Of a stretch of DNA of 64,000 bases, positions 1-11,144 are shown one piece after another; position 1 is the stretch's first letter, and the number at the start of each line of letters is the position of its first letter. This DNA comes from an uncultured delta proteobacterium (GTDB taxonomy: Bacteria; Myxococcota; Myxococcia; Myxococcales; Anaeromyxobacteraceae), in contig CAWJSR010000006.1 in the NCBI GenBank assembly GCA_963845515.1, positions 32,001 through 96,000 on the forward strand, written 5' to 3'. The position numbers and the translations under genes are program-made. The notes beneath the pieces are model-generated. The model was not told the DNA's origin. It saw nothing but the letters and a program-made list of their open reading frames with translations, and searched no databases.

Positions 1-273
1 GTCGGCGCGCTGCGACGCCATCGTCAACGCCACCACCATCGGCCTCGCCCAGCACCACTCGGGCGAGCTGCCCCCCTCTCGCTCGCCGAGGGGGTGGTGG
101 TGGTCGACTACGTCTACGGCGACACAGCCTTCGTCCGCGCCGCGCGCGCCGCGAAGGCGCGTGTCGTCACGGGCGAGGAGCTCCTGGTGCGCCAGGGGGC
201 CCTCGCCTTCAGCCTGTGGCTCGGCCAGCCCGCGCCCGAGGCGGTGATGTCCGCCGCTGCTGGAGGAAAGTGA
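1..273 (+). CDS. aroE: Shikimate dehydrogenase, C-terminal part (5' truncated by window edge; apparent 1-nt frameshift in the C-run at ~71-76)
   Basis: Manual translation gives [11 protein letters not shown] then [10 protein letters not shown]...[18 protein letters not shown]; stop overlaps the aroC start (TGATG). Confidence 0.85.
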   Translation, partial: VGALRRHRQRHHHRPRPAPLGRAAPLSLAEGVVVVDYVYGDTAFVRAARAAKARVVTGEELLVRQGALAFSLWLGQPAPEAVMSAAAGGK

Positions 274-1418
274 TGACGCTCCGCTACCTCACCGCCGGCG
301 AGTCGCACGGTCCGGCCCTCTCGGCCATCGCCGAGGGCTTCCCCGCCGGTCTCACCATCGACTTCGAGCAGGTGAACCACGACCTGCGCCGCCGCCAGAA
401 GGGGTACGGCCGCGGCGGACGCATGAAGATCGAGACCGACTCCGCCCAGTTCCTCTCCGGCATCCGCGGCGGGACCACGCTCGGCTCCCCCATCGCGCTC
501 GTCGTCTGGAACAAGGACCACGAGAACTGGAAGGAGCTGGTCTCGCCGTACGCGCGTGGAGGAAAGAAGCTGACCGAGGTCCGGCCCGGCCACGCCGACC
601 TCGCCGGCGCGCTCAAGTACGGGCTCGGTGACGCGCGCGACGTGCTGGAGCGGGCGAGCGCGCGCTCCACCGCCGCGACCGTCGCGCTCGGATCGCTCGC
701 CAAGCAGCTCCTCACCCACTTCCGGGTGCGGATCACCTCGCGCGTCGTCCAGGTGGGCGAGCGCGCGCTCGCCTTCGCGGGGCCGCCGACCAGCGCCGAG
801 CTGGGCAGGATCGAGGCCAGCGAGCTCCACATCGAGGATCCGCTGGCCGAGGCCGAGTGGAAGGCGATCGTGGACCGGGAGCGGGAGCGCGGAGGCTCCG
901 TCGGCGGCGCCTTCGAGGTCTACGCCGAGGGGCTCCCGATCGGGCTCGGCAGCCACGTGCACCCGGATCGCCGGCTCGACGCCAGGCTGGGCGCGGCGCT
1001 GCTCGGGGTCCAGGCGATCCGCGCCGTCGAGGTCGGGTCCGGCACGCGGGTCGACCTGCCGGGCGACCAGTTCCACGACGCGATCCTGTTCGACCCGGTC
1101 CGCGGCTTCTACCGCGAGACCAACCGCGCCGGCGGCCTCGAGGGCGGCATGACCGACGGGATGCCGGTCTGCCTCCGGGCCTACATGAAGCCGATCCCCA
1201 CGATGCTCAAGCCGCTCCCGACCGTGGATCTCGAGACGCGCGAGGCGCGCCAGGCACGGTACGAGCGGAGCGACGTCTGCGCAGTCCCCGCCGCGGCCGT
1301 CGTCTGCGAGGCGGTGGTCGCCTGGACCCTGGCCGACGCGTTCCTCGAGAAGTTCGGCGGCGACTGCATCGCCGACGTGGAGAAGGCAGTCGAAGCCTAT
1401 GCCGCTCGGATCGCGTGA
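273..1418 (+). CDS. aroC: Chorismate synthase
   Basis: [43 protein letters not shown] motifs. Confidence 0.97.
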   Translation: MTLRYLTAGESHGPALSAIAEGFPAGLTIDFEQVNHDLRRRQKGYGRGGRMKIETDSAQFLSGIRGGTTLGSPIALVVWNKDHENWKELVSPYARGGKKLTEVRPGHADLAGALKYGLGDARDVLERASARSTAATVALGSLAKQLLTHFRVRITSRVVQVGERALAFAGPPTSAELGRIEASELHIEDPLAEAEWKAIVDRERERGGSVGGAFEVYAEGLPIGLGSHVHPDRRLDARLGAALLGVQAIRAVEVGSGTRVDLPGDQFHDAILFDPVRGFYRETNRAGGLEGGMTDGMPVCLRAYMKPIPTMLKPLPTVDLETREARQARYERSDVCAVPAAAVVCEAVVAWTLADAFLEKFGGDCIADVEKAVEAYAARIA

Positions 1419-1887
1419 GCTGCTGGCCCTGGCCGGGATGATGGGCTCGGGGAAGTCGACCGTCGCCCGCCACCTCGGCCGGCTCCTCGGGCGGCGCGTC
1501 GTCGCGCTGGACGAGCGGATCTCGGCGCGAGCCGGGAAGCCCATCCCCGCGATCTTCGCCGAGGACGGCGAGCCGGCGTTTCGCGCGCTGGAGCGCGCCG
1601 AGGTCGCGGCGCTTCGCGGCCCGCTCGTCGCCGACCTCGGTGGCGGCGCCTTCTGCTCCCCGGCGAACGCCGAGCACCTCCTGGGGGTCGGGCGCGTGAT
1701 CTTCCTCGACGTCTCCGCCGCCGAGGCCGCGCGCCGCATCGGCGCCGGCGCCGGCCGCCCGCTCGCGGCGAGCTGGGAGCCGCTGCTCGCTCGCCGCCGA
1801 TCGCTCTACGCGCGCGCGTGGCGGCGGGTCGAGGTCGACGGGCTCACCGCCGAGGCGGTGGCGCAGCGGATCCTGGGGATGCTGTAG
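1399..1887 (+). CDS. aroK: Shikimate kinase
   Basis: GMMGSGKST Walker [16 protein letters not shown]; aro operon context. Confidence 0.93.
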   Translation: MPLGSRELLALAGMMGSGKSTVARHLGRLLGRRVVALDERISARAGKPIPAIFAEDGEPAFRALERAEVAALRGPLVADLGGGAFCSPANAEHLLGVGRVIFLDVSAAEAARRIGAGAGRPLAASWEPLLARRRSLYARAWRRVEVDGLTAEAVAQRILGML

Positions 1888-1966
1888 CCCCCGCTCACCC
1901 GGTGGGGGAGCGGGAGACCGCTGGAGGGCCGGTTGTGGTCTATTGGCCCCGGAGGAAGGTCACGGC

Positions 1967-3073
1967 ATGGAGATCATCGAGGCGCGCCAGGGCGAGCACG
2001 AGTACGAGGTCCACGTCGGCGAAGGTGCGCCCGACGGGCTCGCGGCGCTCGCGGCGGGGTACGACAAGGTCGCGATCGTCTCCTGCGCGCGCGTCCTGCG
2101 GACGCCCATCGCCAGGCGGCTGCTGAAGAAGCTCCAGCGCGAGGCGCCGGTGGTGCTCGTCCACGCGCTGCCCGACGGGGAGCGGGGCAAGACGCTCGCA
2201 GAGCTGGAGCGCGCCTCGGTGAAGCTGCTGCGCGCCGGCGCGACGCGGCGCAGCCTCGTGGTGTCGCTCGGCGGCGGCGCGGTCTCGGACGCCGCCGGGT
2301 TCCTCGCGGCGACCTTCATGCGCGGCATCTCCTGGGCGGCCGCGCCGACGACGCTCCTCTCGATGGTGGACGCAGCGATCGGCGGGAAGACGGGCGTCAA
2401 CCTGCCCGTCGCCAAGAACGCCGTCGGCGCGTTCCACCCGCCGGTGGCCGTCCTCGCCGACCCGCGGGCCCTCTCCACGCTGCCGGCGCGCGAGCTGCGC
2501 TCGGGGATGGGGGAGGTGCTCAAGTACGCGGCGCTGGAGCCGGCGATGATGGGGAAGGTCGCCGCCGTCCGGAAGGGATCGATCCCCTCCGCGGAGCTGA
2601 TCGCCGCCTGCGCGCGCGCGAAGGTCGCGGTGGTGCAGGCCGACCCTCGCGAGAAGGGGGCGCGAAAGCTCCTGAACCTCGGCCACACCTTCGGCCACGG
2701 CGTCGAGGCCGCCGGCGCCTTCGAGCGGTACACGCACGGCGAGGCGGTCGCGGTCGGCCTCGCCTTCGCGTTCAGGCTGTCGGCCATCCTCGGCCGGATC
2801 GGCCCGCTCGCGATCGCCGAGGTGGAGCAGGCGGTCGCCGGGACGGGGCTGCCGATCCGCGTCCCGGGAGCGGTGGCGAAGCGGGCCGCAGCGCTGATGG
2901 GGTTCGACAAGAAGCGGACGGCGGCCGGCCTGCGCTGGGTCCTCCCGGTCCAGGACGGGGCCACGTGGAAGGTGCTCTGGGACGTCGCCGCGCCGGACGA
3001 GGCGGTGGCGGAGGCTGTGCGCGAGATCTCGGAGCCCGCTGAGCGGCGCTCCGCAAAGGGGAGACGACGATGA
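1967..3073 (+). CDS. aroB: 3-dehydroquinate synthase
   Basis: [47 protein letters not shown]. Confidence 0.96.
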   Translation: MEIIEARQGEHEYEVHVGEGAPDGLAALAAGYDKVAIVSCARVLRTPIARRLLKKLQREAPVVLVHALPDGERGKTLAELERASVKLLRAGATRRSLVVSLGGGAVSDAAGFLAATFMRGISWAAAPTTLLSMVDAAIGGKTGVNLPVAKNAVGAFHPPVAVLADPRALSTLPARELRSGMGEVLKYAALEPAMMGKVAAVRKGSIPSAELIAACARAKVAVVQADPREKGARKLLNLGHTFGHGVEAAGAFERYTHGEAVAVGLAFAFRLSAILGRIGPLAIAEVEQAVAGTGLPIRVPGAVAKRAAALMGFDKKRTAAGLRWVLPVQDGATWKVLWDVAAPDEAVAEAVREISEPAERRSAKGRRR

Positions 3074-3507
3074 TCCTGCTGGTCAACGGTCCCAACCTGA
3101 ACCTGCTGGGCGAGCGCGAGCCGGAGATCTACGGCCGCACGACGCTGGCGGAGATCGAGGCGATGGTCCGGAAGGCGGCGGAGGGGTGGAAGGTCAAGAT
3201 CGAGCCCTTCCAGTCGAACTCGGAGGGCGCCCTCATCGACTTCATCCAGTCGAAGCGGAAGGAGGCGAAGGGGATCATCATCAACCCCGGCGCCCTGACC
3301 CACACGAGCGCCGCCCTCCACGACTGCCTGAAGTCGGTGCCCTGCCCGGCGGTCGAGGTCCACCTCTCGAACCTGCACACGCGCGAGGAGTGGCGGCGAA
3401 CGAGCGTCACGGCCGCCGCCTGCCGTGGCCAGATCACCGGGCTCGGGCCGCGCGGGTACCTCCTCGCTGCCGAGTGGCTCTGCGCCGAGATGGTGACGAA
3501 GCGCTGA
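3070..3507 (+). CDS. aroQ: Type II 3-dehydroquinate dehydratase
   Basis: [33 protein letters not shown]. Confidence 0.97.
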   Translation: MILLVNGPNLNLLGEREPEIYGRTTLAEIEAMVRKAAEGWKVKIEPFQSNSEGALIDFIQSKRKEAKGIIINPGALTHTSAALHDCLKSVPCPAVEVHLSNLHTREEWRRTSVTAAACRGQITGLGPRGYLLAAEWLCAEMVTKR

Positions 3508-3529
3508 CCCTGCCGGGGTCGGAGGGCTG

Positions 3530-4534
3530 ATGGCGCGGGTCGCGGTCCTGATGCCCGCGCGAGACGCGGCGCGCACGGTGCGTGCGGCCGCGTCCTCGAT
3601 CCTGCGCCAGACCTTCTCCGACCTCTCGCTGATCGCGGTGGACGACGGCTCGACCGACGCCACGCCGGAGGTGCTCCACGGGCTCGCGGAGCGCGACGGC
3701 CGGGTGACGATCGTGCGGGCGCCTGGCGAGGGGATCGCCAGGGCGCTCAACCGCGGCCTGGCCCTCTGCGACGCGCCGTTCGTCGCGCGGATGGACGCGG
3801 ACGACCTCGCCCACCCTCAGCGCCTGGCCATCCAGCTCGAGGCGCTGGCGGCAGATCCCGCCCTGGCCGCTGCCGGCTCGCAGGTGAAGCTCTTCCCCCG
3901 CCGGGTCCTGCGGCCGGGGATGATCCGGTACGCCGGCTGGCTCAACGGGCTCACCTCCAGCGCGCTGGTCGAGCGCGACCTCTTCGTCGAGGCGCCGCTC
4001 GTCCACCCGGCGTCGGTGATTCGGCGCGAGGCCCTGGAGAAGGCTGGAGGGTGGCGCGACGGCCCGTTCCCCGAGGACTACGACCTCTGGCTGAGGCTCG
4101 CCGAGGCGGGCGGCTCGCTGACCAACGTCCCGCGGGTGCTGCTGGGCTGGCGCGAGTCGGGCGCACGCCTGACCAGGACCGACGGACGCTACTCGCTCCC
4201 CTGCCACCGCGCGCTCAAGGCGGCGGCGCTCGCGCGCACCTGGCTCTGCGGCAAGCGGGAGGTCGCCGTCTGGGGCGCAGGGGAGACGGGGAAGGCGATC
4301 GCCGACGCGCTCGCCGCCGAGGGGGTGCGGGCCGTCCTCTTCGTGGAGGTGGACCGGAAGAAGATTGGCAGGACCGCGCGCGGCGCGCCGGTCGTCGGGA
4401 TCGATCGGCTCGACCGGGCCCGCGGCCTGCCGCTCCTCGTGGCGGTCGGCGCCCCGGGCGCCCGCGACCTCATCCGGGCCGAGCTCCTCCGGGCCGGCTG
4501 GTTGGAGGTCCGCGACTTCCGCTGCGTGGCGTGA
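3530..4534 (+). CDS. Glycosyltransferase family 2 with C-terminal Rossmann-like domain
   Basis: VDDGSTD, RMDADD, EDYDLW; C-terminal VWGAGETGK. Confidence 0.88.
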   Translation: MARVAVLMPARDAARTVRAAASSILRQTFSDLSLIAVDDGSTDATPEVLHGLAERDGRVTIVRAPGEGIARALNRGLALCDAPFVARMDADDLAHPQRLAIQLEALAADPALAAAGSQVKLFPRRVLRPGMIRYAGWLNGLTSSALVERDLFVEAPLVHPASVIRREALEKAGGWRDGPFPEDYDLWLRLAEAGGSLTNVPRVLLGWRESGARLTRTDGRYSLPCHRALKAAALARTWLCGKREVAVWGAGETGKAIADALAAEGVRAVLFVEVDRKKIGRTARGAPVVGIDRLDRARGLPLLVAVGAPGARDLIRAELLRAGWLEVRDFRCVA

Positions 4535-4579
4535 GGCCCAGGAGGCACGGGGCGCGAGGGGCTCCCTCCTGGATTCATC

Positions 4580-4618
4580 CCCTCTCCCCCACCGGGGGAG
4601 AGGGAAGGGGAGCGGGGG
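4580..4618. repeat. REP-like palindrome CCCTCTCCCCC-ACC-GGGGGAGAGGG
   Basis: Perfect 11-bp stem; related copies at 24905-24938, ~1888-1918 and ~60119-60147, each just downstream of a stop codon or terminator. Confidence 0.65.
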
Positions 4619-4666
4619 CAACTCGGCGCCTTGCCCCGGCGGGCACGCTGCTCCAACATCCGGGCG

Positions 4667-5723
4667 GTGCCACCCCCGTTCGACGCCGGTGCCTTCCGCC
4701 ACGAGCTGACCCAGCGGGTCGGCGTCGGCGGTGGAGCGGCTCCGTGCCGAGATCGGGACCGAGCACCTCTACTCGGTCGCCCTCGTCCTCAGTGGGGAGG
4801 AGCGCTTCACCTGGGTGGCCGTCTCGGCCAACACCGAGGAGGGGCTGGCGCGGCGCGCGGCGGTGCTCGCGGCGGAGGATCCCCGCTACAACGGCGACTC
4901 CGGCAAGCGGCTCCTGCGCTGGTACACGCCACGGTGGGCGTGGCACGACTTCGCCCCCGAGGTGCGCGCGCTCGCGCTCCCCGACCTCGCGACGCGGACG
5001 CCGGCGCAGGACAAGGCGATCTACGACGCCCTGGTCGGCGCGCTCCGGTCGCTCGACCGCGCCGACTACTTCGGACGTGGCGCAGATCGGTGCTTCCTCG
5101 CGCTCGCGGTCACGTGCCCGCACGCCAGCAAGGAGTTCTTCCTGAAGGGGCTGCGGCTGCTCAACCCGCGTCCCGTCCTGGATCGCCACCTCCACGAGTC
5201 GTCCCCGGAGCCGCTCGTCCGCTGCGTCAACCGGGCGCTGCGGCGCGAGCGGCTGCGCATCTGGCTGGCGCTCTACGAGGACCTCTACATGGAGTGGAAC
5301 ACGCCGATCTCCGAGGAGGCGCGCTCGCGCGGGATCTCGCCGTGGGAGGTGGAGGAGCAGCTCGTGAAGTTCGGGGCGAAGGCGGTCCCGCACCTCATCG
5401 ATCTCGTCTCGCACTACGGCTTCGCGAGCGCCTTCGACAAGAGCCGGGAGCTGGAGACGCGCGAGGTCTGGCTCGCCGGGAGCGCCCTCTTCCTGGTGCG
5501 CAGGATCGGGCTGGTCACGGACCGCGACCTCCTGCGCCTCCAGCGGCTCGTCGGGGAGTTCGTGGAGCGCGACCGGCGGCTGCGCGTCGCCTCGACGCTG
5601 GCCGAGAACACGGCGCGCGTGCTCCACGCCCTGCGCCCCCGCCGCTTTCCGCCCACCGAGATGCACCCAAACACCTTCAAGCTGCTCAACCCGGAGCCGT
5701 TCCTGCCGGGCGCTAGTCCCTGA
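4667..5723 (+). CDS. DUF4303-like protein (probable frameshift near 4720 separates the N-terminus [15 protein letters not shown] from the 4731 ORF)
   Basis: [25 protein letters not shown] pattern resembles DUF4303; normal codon bias. Confidence 0.6.
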
Positions 5724-6849
5724 CCCAGTGGCACGTGTAGCCGCCCGGGTTCTTCACCAGGTAGTCCTGGTGGTACTCCTCGGCCCGGTACCAGGGGCCG
5801 GCCGGCGCGATCTGCGTCACGACGGGCCGCTTCCACTTGCCGCTCGCGTCCACCTCGGCCTTCACCTTCTCGGCGACCAGGCGCTGCTCCTCGGAGGAGT
5901 AGAAGATCGCGCTCCGGTACTGGGAGCCGACGTCGTTCCCCTGCCGGTTGAGCGTCGTGGGATCGTGGATCCGGAAGAAGAACCGCAGCAGCGCCTCGTA
6001 GCTGGTCTTGCTGGCGTCGAAGACGATCCGGACCGCCTCGGCGTGGCCGCTCTTGCCGTCGTGGGTGTCCTCGTACCTCGGGTTCGCAAGGGTGCCGCCC
6101 GTGTAGCCGACCTCGACGCGGGTCACGCCGGGCTGCTTGCGCAGCAGGTCCTCCATCCCCCAGAAGCAGCCGCCGGCGAGCGTGGCGATCTCCTCCGTCG
6201 CGCCCTTCTGCGCGATCCCGAAGAGCGGCAGGAAGCGGCCGTACCCCTCCTTCTCCAGGTCGGCGACCGGGACGAAGCGGAGGCTCGCCGAGTTGATGCA
6301 GTAGCGGAGCCCCGTCGGGCGCGGGCCGTCGTCGAAGACGTGGCCGAGGTGTGAGTCGCCGAGCTTCGAGCGGACCTCGGTCCGGACCATCCCGAGCCCT
6401 GCGTCGCGCTTCTCGACGACCTTCGTCCCCTCGATCGGACGGGTGAAGCTGGGCCAGCCGGTGCCTGAGTCGAACTTGTCCTTCGAGCTGAAGAGCGGCT
6501 CGCCGCTCACGACGTCGACGTAGATGCCATCGCCGTGCTCGTTCCAGTAGGCGTTCTGGAACGGCGGCTCCGTCCCGCACTCCTGGGTCACGTGGAACTG
6601 CATCGGCGTGAGCTTCGACTTGAGCTCCGCCTTCCCTGGTGTGGGGGTCTTCACGTTGGCCTCGGCCGGGGCGGGCGTCGCGCCTGGTGCCGTGCGGGAC
6701 GCGGCGACGGCGATCGTCGCGACCGCCGCAGCTCCGGCGAGGATTCCCACAAGCGACCGACTCCAGCGCACCCAGTCCTCCGGTCCGGATGGCATAACGC
6801 CGGCCGGGCGGCGACGCAGCGCCCGCGGCGGGGCGCGCTCCCCGCTCAC
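5713..6849 (-). CDS. msrAB: Exported bifunctional methionine sulfoxide reductase, MsrB-MsrA order (true start probably near 6771)
   Basis: Msr[28 protein letters not shown]; Msr[21 protein letters not shown]; hydrophobic N-terminal signal. Confidence 0.93.
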   Translation of the reverse strand: MSGERAPPRALRRRPAGVMPSGPEDWVRWSRSLVGILAGAAAVATIAVAASRTAPGATPAPAEANVKTPTPGKAELKSKLTPMQFHVTQECGTEPPFQNAYWNEHGDGIYVDVVSGEPLFSSKDKFDSGTGWPSFTRPIEGTKVVEKRDAGLGMVRTEVRSKLGDSHLGHVFDDGPRPTGLRYCINSASLRFVPVADLEKEGYGRFLPLFGIAQKGATEEIATLAGGCFWGMEDLLRKQPGVTRVEVGYTGGTLANPRYEDTHDGKSGHAEAVRIVFDASKTSYEALLRFFFRIHDPTTLNRQGNDVGSQYRSAIFYSSEEQRLVAEKVKAEVDASGKWKRPVVTQIAPAGPWYRAEEYHQDYLVKNPGGYTCHWVRD

Positions 6850-6957
6850 GGGCTGGTCGAGGACGTCTGGCGCAGCCGGCAGGAAGGCGCGCTAGACTGC
6901 CCGCACTATCAGGAAAAAGACTACACTCCAGCCTCACTTCAGCATGGAGCCCGCAAG

Positions 6958-7269
6958 ATGAATCGTTGCGCAAGCCTCTTCCTGGCGCTGTTGACGATCA
7001 CCTCGTGCTCGCGGTCTCCGCCGCAGCGCTCAGCCGCCAACGCCGTCCGGATTTCTGGGACGGTCCTCGAGCGGCTCGATGCGCCACCGCACACCTTCGT
7101 CCGGCTCGAGACCGCAGAGGGAGCGTTGTGGGCCGCGGTCCCCGTCACGGACGCCAGGATGGGGAAGGAGATTACGATCGTCAACGCGATGCCCTTGAAG
7201 GGCTTCGAGGCGAAGTCCCTCGGTAGGAGGTTCGAGCTGGTCTACTTCGGCACGCAGGTCGGGAACTGA
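6958..7269 (+). CDS. Small lipoprotein, possibly OB-fold
   Basis: Lipobox-like LTITSC; GTVLERLD..TFVRL..WAAVP..F.AKSLGR.F..VYF pattern. Confidence 0.6.
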   Translation: MNRCASLFLALLTITSCSRSPPQRSAANAVRISGTVLERLDAPPHTFVRLETAEGALWAAVPVTDARMGKEITIVNAMPLKGFEAKSLGRRFELVYFGTQVGN

Positions 7270-7409
7270 ACCTGGGCAACCGGTGGTCGGCTCGGACGTT
7301 CGACCGACCGCCCCAGTAGGGGCCCAGTCACGACAGCCTTGACAGTCTCACTGCGAGTAAGTTCTCTACGCGTCACACGGCTGCAAGAGGACTTGCCGAG
7401 GGGGGGGAC

Positions 7410-8126
7410 GAAACCAACGCGAACGGCCAGATTGTGTGGACGGCGCAGACTCGGCCGTACGGGGAAGTCTTCGAGACCACGACGCCCGACCCTCTCTCAG
7501 GGCGGACGGTCGTGACGAACCTGCGGCTGCCGGGGCAGTACGACGAGAGGCTGCTGGGGACGCTCGGGTTGCAGGGGCCGTACTACAACTGGAACCGGTG
7601 GTACTTGCCGTCCGTGGGGAGGTATCTGGAGCTGGACCCGATCGCGAGGGCGGGTGGGTTCAACGGGTTCTACGGGCCGAACTGGTACGGGTATGCGGAG
7701 GGGAATCCGCTCAAGTACTCTGACCGGACCGGTCTCTATCCGGGGCAGATGCCGCCGCCGCCGCCACTCTACGATCCCAATTTCTGGCACGTGGGGCAGT
7801 TCGACGATGGCACCTGGTACCTGAGGGATCCCAACGGGCGATCTTACACGCCCCACGCAGAGGACAAGGGCCACTGGCGGCACTGGGATTGGCGAGATCC
7901 ACCTGGCGGCGGCGGGAGTGGCCGGTGGCCCAACAACTCAAAGAAGCCGCACGAGACCCAGAAGAGGAAGCCTTACGGCGACCAGTGCGCCGCCGATCCG
8001 AGTGGTGACGCACCGGAGTGGACTCCGCCCGAAGGTGGTCCCACGGAGCCATTTAGCCCCCTGTTCTGGGTCCCGGAGCTGCCAATGCTGATCGAGATCC
8101 CAGTCTGGGTGCCGGTCTTTCCGTGA
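7410..8126 (+). CDS. Orphan Rhs fragment: RHS-associated core plus C-terminal putative toxin domain
   Basis: NLRLPGQY..YYNWNRWY.P.VGRYL..DP..Y.YAEGNPLKYSDRTGL; Rhs-like frame begins abruptly at ETNANGQIVW (7410). Confidence 0.88.
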   Translation, partial: ETNANGQIVWTAQTRPYGEVFETTTPDPLSGRTVVTNLRLPGQYDERLLGTLGLQGPYYNWNRWYLPSVGRYLELDPIARAGGFNGFYGPNWYGYAEGNPLKYSDRTGLYPGQMPPPPPLYDPNFWHVGQFDDGTWYLRDPNGRSYTPHAEDKGHWRHWDWRDPPGGGGSGRWPNNSKKPHETQKRKPYGDQCAADPSGDAPEWTPPEGGPTEPFSPLFWVPELPMLIEIPVWVPVFP

Positions 8127-8632
8127 CGGAGGGCCAGATGGGCGTGAACGAGAAGATCCGGCTGCGTCGCGAAGAGCTTGGTCTGACCGAAGCCGAGGTG
8201 GCTCGGCACGCCGGGCTTTCGCGGAGCGAATACTACGACGTGGAAGCCTACGCCGACGAGGCGTTCAGCGTAGTCGAGCTTGGCAATCTCCGAGCGCTTT
8301 GCGAGGCGCTCCAGATGGATCCGCTCGCTCTATTCGACCTCGGGAACTCTGCGGGAGTAGTGGGAGACGAGGCCCCCGGAATGAAGCCGCTGGAACGCAA
8401 CGACCTGGTTCGCGCCAGGCGAGGTGCGCTGGGGATGTCAGAAGAGCAGCTCGCGGACCGCATCGGATTCGAGGTCGTAGCGGTCAATGAGATGGAGAGG
8501 AATCCAGCCTTCCTGGATGGGTGGCCGATGCAGTTGATCGTGGAGTTGGCCGCGATCCTCGGAGTTCCCCCTCGATTGCTAGTGAATGCGCAGCCGAGTA
8601 CACGCTCGACTTCGGTGGAAGCGATGCCGTAG
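8123..8632 (+). CDS. Protein with two XRE-type HTH domains, in the immunity position after the Rhs toxin
   Basis: IRLRREELGLTEAEVARHAGLS and VRARRGALGMSEEQLADRIGF; GTGA overlap with the Rhs stop. Confidence 0.75.
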   Translation: MTEGQMGVNEKIRLRREELGLTEAEVARHAGLSRSEYYDVEAYADEAFSVVELGNLRALCEALQMDPLALFDLGNSAGVVGDEAPGMKPLERNDLVRARRGALGMSEEQLADRIGFEVVAVNEMERNPAFLDGWPMQLIVELAAILGVPPRLLVNAQPSTRSTSVEAMP

Positions 8633-8677
8633 TGCGTGCTTCAAAGCGGTCGCGTGGCGGATGGCCGAAACCGCACG

Positions 8678-9317
8678 TTACCGGCCATGGCCCGGAGGGC
8701 GTCGGCCACCGGCGTCATCCCGATCCTTTCCTGCCCGATCTCGATGGCCCCTTTCGGCCATCCACCTCCGCAAGCTGGCCCTGCTGACGCCCTTCTTCCT
8801 CGCGGCCTCCGACACCGGCATCCCGTGGGCCACGAGTTCGGCGGCGGCGTGGAGCATGACGGTCGAGGTCCGGGGCCGGCCGATCTTCTTCCCCTCCTTG
8901 CGGGCCCTCGCCATGCCGGCCTTGGTCCTCTCGATGAGCCTGGTCCGCTCCTGCTCCGCCACCCAGCCGAAGATGGCGACGAGGAGGGGCCGGACAGGGC
9001 TGTCGGTGTCGAGCCAGGGCTCCCGGACGGACATGACCCGGACGCCGAGCCGGTCGAAGCTCCAGGACGGTCTGGATGGCGCCCACCATGGAGCGATGGA
9101 GCCGGTCGAGGGCCCACACGGCGACGGATTGGACCCGGCCGGATCGGGCGTCGGAGAGTAGGCGGTCCAGGACGGGCCTGGCCTTGGCGGCACTCTCGAT
9201 CTCCTCGTAGATGACGGGTTCGTACCCTCGCGCCTCCACGAGGCGCTGGAGGTCCGCGAGCTGGTTCTGGACGGTCTGCCGGTCGGTGCTGACGCGGACG
9301 TAGACGGCGGCCTTCAT
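8678..9317 (-). CDS. Serine recombinase (resolvase/invertase) with C-terminal HTH; 1-nt frameshift near 9058
   Basis: YVRVSTDRQ, RPVLDRLL, LDRLHRS; second frame has AEQERTRLIERTKAGM..GRP and HTH. Confidence 0.9.
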
Positions 9318-9426
9318 GATGGTGATCTCCCCGGTGACGAGCGCGGGGATCGCGCTCTCCGGGCTTATCCCGAGGACCGTCACCTCCTTGGCTCGCGCCT
9401 TCGCCCTTCCCACAGGTCGATCACCG

Positions 9427-10878
9427 CTCATGATCCCGCACATCTAGACGGGACCCATGCCGGCGTGATCTACCGCCGGCATGGGCAAAAAGCCGAGCCG
9501 TCGCGAGGTGGTACGTAACGAGTTCGCTGACGTCGACTTGGGGGACAAGCGGCGGGAGCGCCGGTCGGTGTTCGTCGCCGACAGGCTTGCCGCTCTTCCG
9601 GAGGCGAGCCTTCCGGACGCGATGCGGGGTGAGGCCAACCTCGAGGCCCTGTATCGGCACCTCGGCAACGAGGATGTGACGATGGAAGGGCTGCTCGCCC
9701 CGCATCGGGCGCGCACGGCAAAGCGCGCTCGCGCTCTTCGCGTCGTCTTCGCTCCCACGGACACGACCTCCTACAAGTTCAGTGGCGAGGCGGAACGCGA
9801 TGGGCTCGGCCCCGTCAACGCGAAGGACCAAGGCTTTCTCGCGCACGTCACGCTTCTGGTAGCCGCCGACGGGACTCGCACGCCGCTTGGCGTCATCGAG
9901 GCCGAGACATGGGTGCGCCAAGAGGTGAAGAAGTCCGAGAAGGAGTCGGCTCGCTGGGGGCGCTCGATGTTGCGCGCCGCGCAGACTGCGGAGGGGGTGT
10001 CCCTCATCCACGTCGCCGATCGCGAGAGCGACATCTACGACCTGCTGGTGGAGCTGACGGCCAAGAAGCAGCGCTTCATCTTGCGCGCGGCCCAGGACCG
10101 GAGCCTCGTCCCCCTGAAACCGGAAGACGAGACGCGCCTGTTCGAAGCTGCGCGAACGAGCCCTCCCGCCTTCGCGATCGACGTGCCGATCTCGGCGCGC
10201 AAGAGCAAGGGCAACGCGAACCAGGACAAGACGTTTCCCGTGCGCAGGTCACGCACCGCCCACCTGAGCTTTGCCTCCCTGACTGTACAGTTGAAGCGCC
10301 CGCGGCACGCGTCGAGGACGAAGGTGCAGGAGGCGTTGAAGGTGAACGTCGTCCACGTGTTCGAGCTGGGCCCGCCTCCCGGTGAGCCCCCCGTCGAGTG
10401 GCTCCTCCTCACGAGCGAGCCGGTGGGCACGCAGGACGAGATCGCCTTCGTCGTGGACGGCTACCGGACGCGCTGGGTCATCGAGGAGTACTTCAAGGCG
10501 ACGAAGACGGGCTGCGCGTTCGAGACGAGAGCAGCTCGAGTCGTTCGGGACGCTCTCGAACCTGCTCGCCTACGTGCTCGTCATCGCGTACGCGCTCATC
10601 CTGATGCGTGCGCTCTCTCGGACGGGGCGAGACGAACCGGCCAGCGCCGTCCTCGCGCCCACGCAGATCAAGATCCTGCGGGCCCTGAACAAGAAGCTCC
10701 CGCCGAAGCTCACCGTGCGAACGGCGCTCCTCGCCATCGCCAGCCTGGGCGGCCACCTCAAGAACAACGGCGACCCAGGCTGGCGAACCCTCAGCAAGGG
10801 CTGGCGAAAGCTCATCGACTACGAGGCCGGCTACGAACTCGCCGTGGCCCTCGGCGCCCTGAAGTGATCAATCATGAG
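9427..10878 (+). mobile_element. IS4-family (IS50/Tn5-like) insertion sequence, 1452 bp
   Basis: Imperfect ~19-bp terminal IRs (CTCATGATCCCGCACATCT / CTCATGATTGATCACTTCA); 9-bp direct repeat CGATCACCG at 9418-9426 and 10879-10887. Confidence 0.93.
9481..10867 (+). CDS. IS4-family DDE transposase; 1-nt frameshift near 10529
   Basis: DLGDKRR, DTT, VADRESDIY, Y..RW.IEEYFKATK (YREK), LGGH..DPGW.TL.KGW. Confidence 0.92.
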
Positions 10879-10898
10879 CGATCACCGGGGGGATCCTC

Positions 10899-11144
10899 GT
10901 GAGCATGGACACGCCCACCACGGCGCCCCGCACCCCCGCCCAGACCGCCGCCTCGATGACGAACGGAGCCACCAGCACCGGCCCGGTGACGCCCACCGGG
11001 AAGGCGATCAGCTCCGCCAACGGCACCATCCACGGTCTCGCTTCACGCGGCGTCCTGCTCCCGTCCGAGAGGGCCGAGGAGTACGAGGGGAACCAAGAGG
11101 CCCCGACGGAACCAAGAGGCCCAAGAGGCCCCGACCGAGAGTAA
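10899..11144 (+). pseudogene. Truncated gene carrying an NG.TSTGP.TP.GK..SS.N...HGL motif; cut at ~11089 by the repeat-bounded Y1 element
   Basis: Recognisable STGP.T..GK motif, after which the frame runs into the tandem end repeats. Confidence 0.55.
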
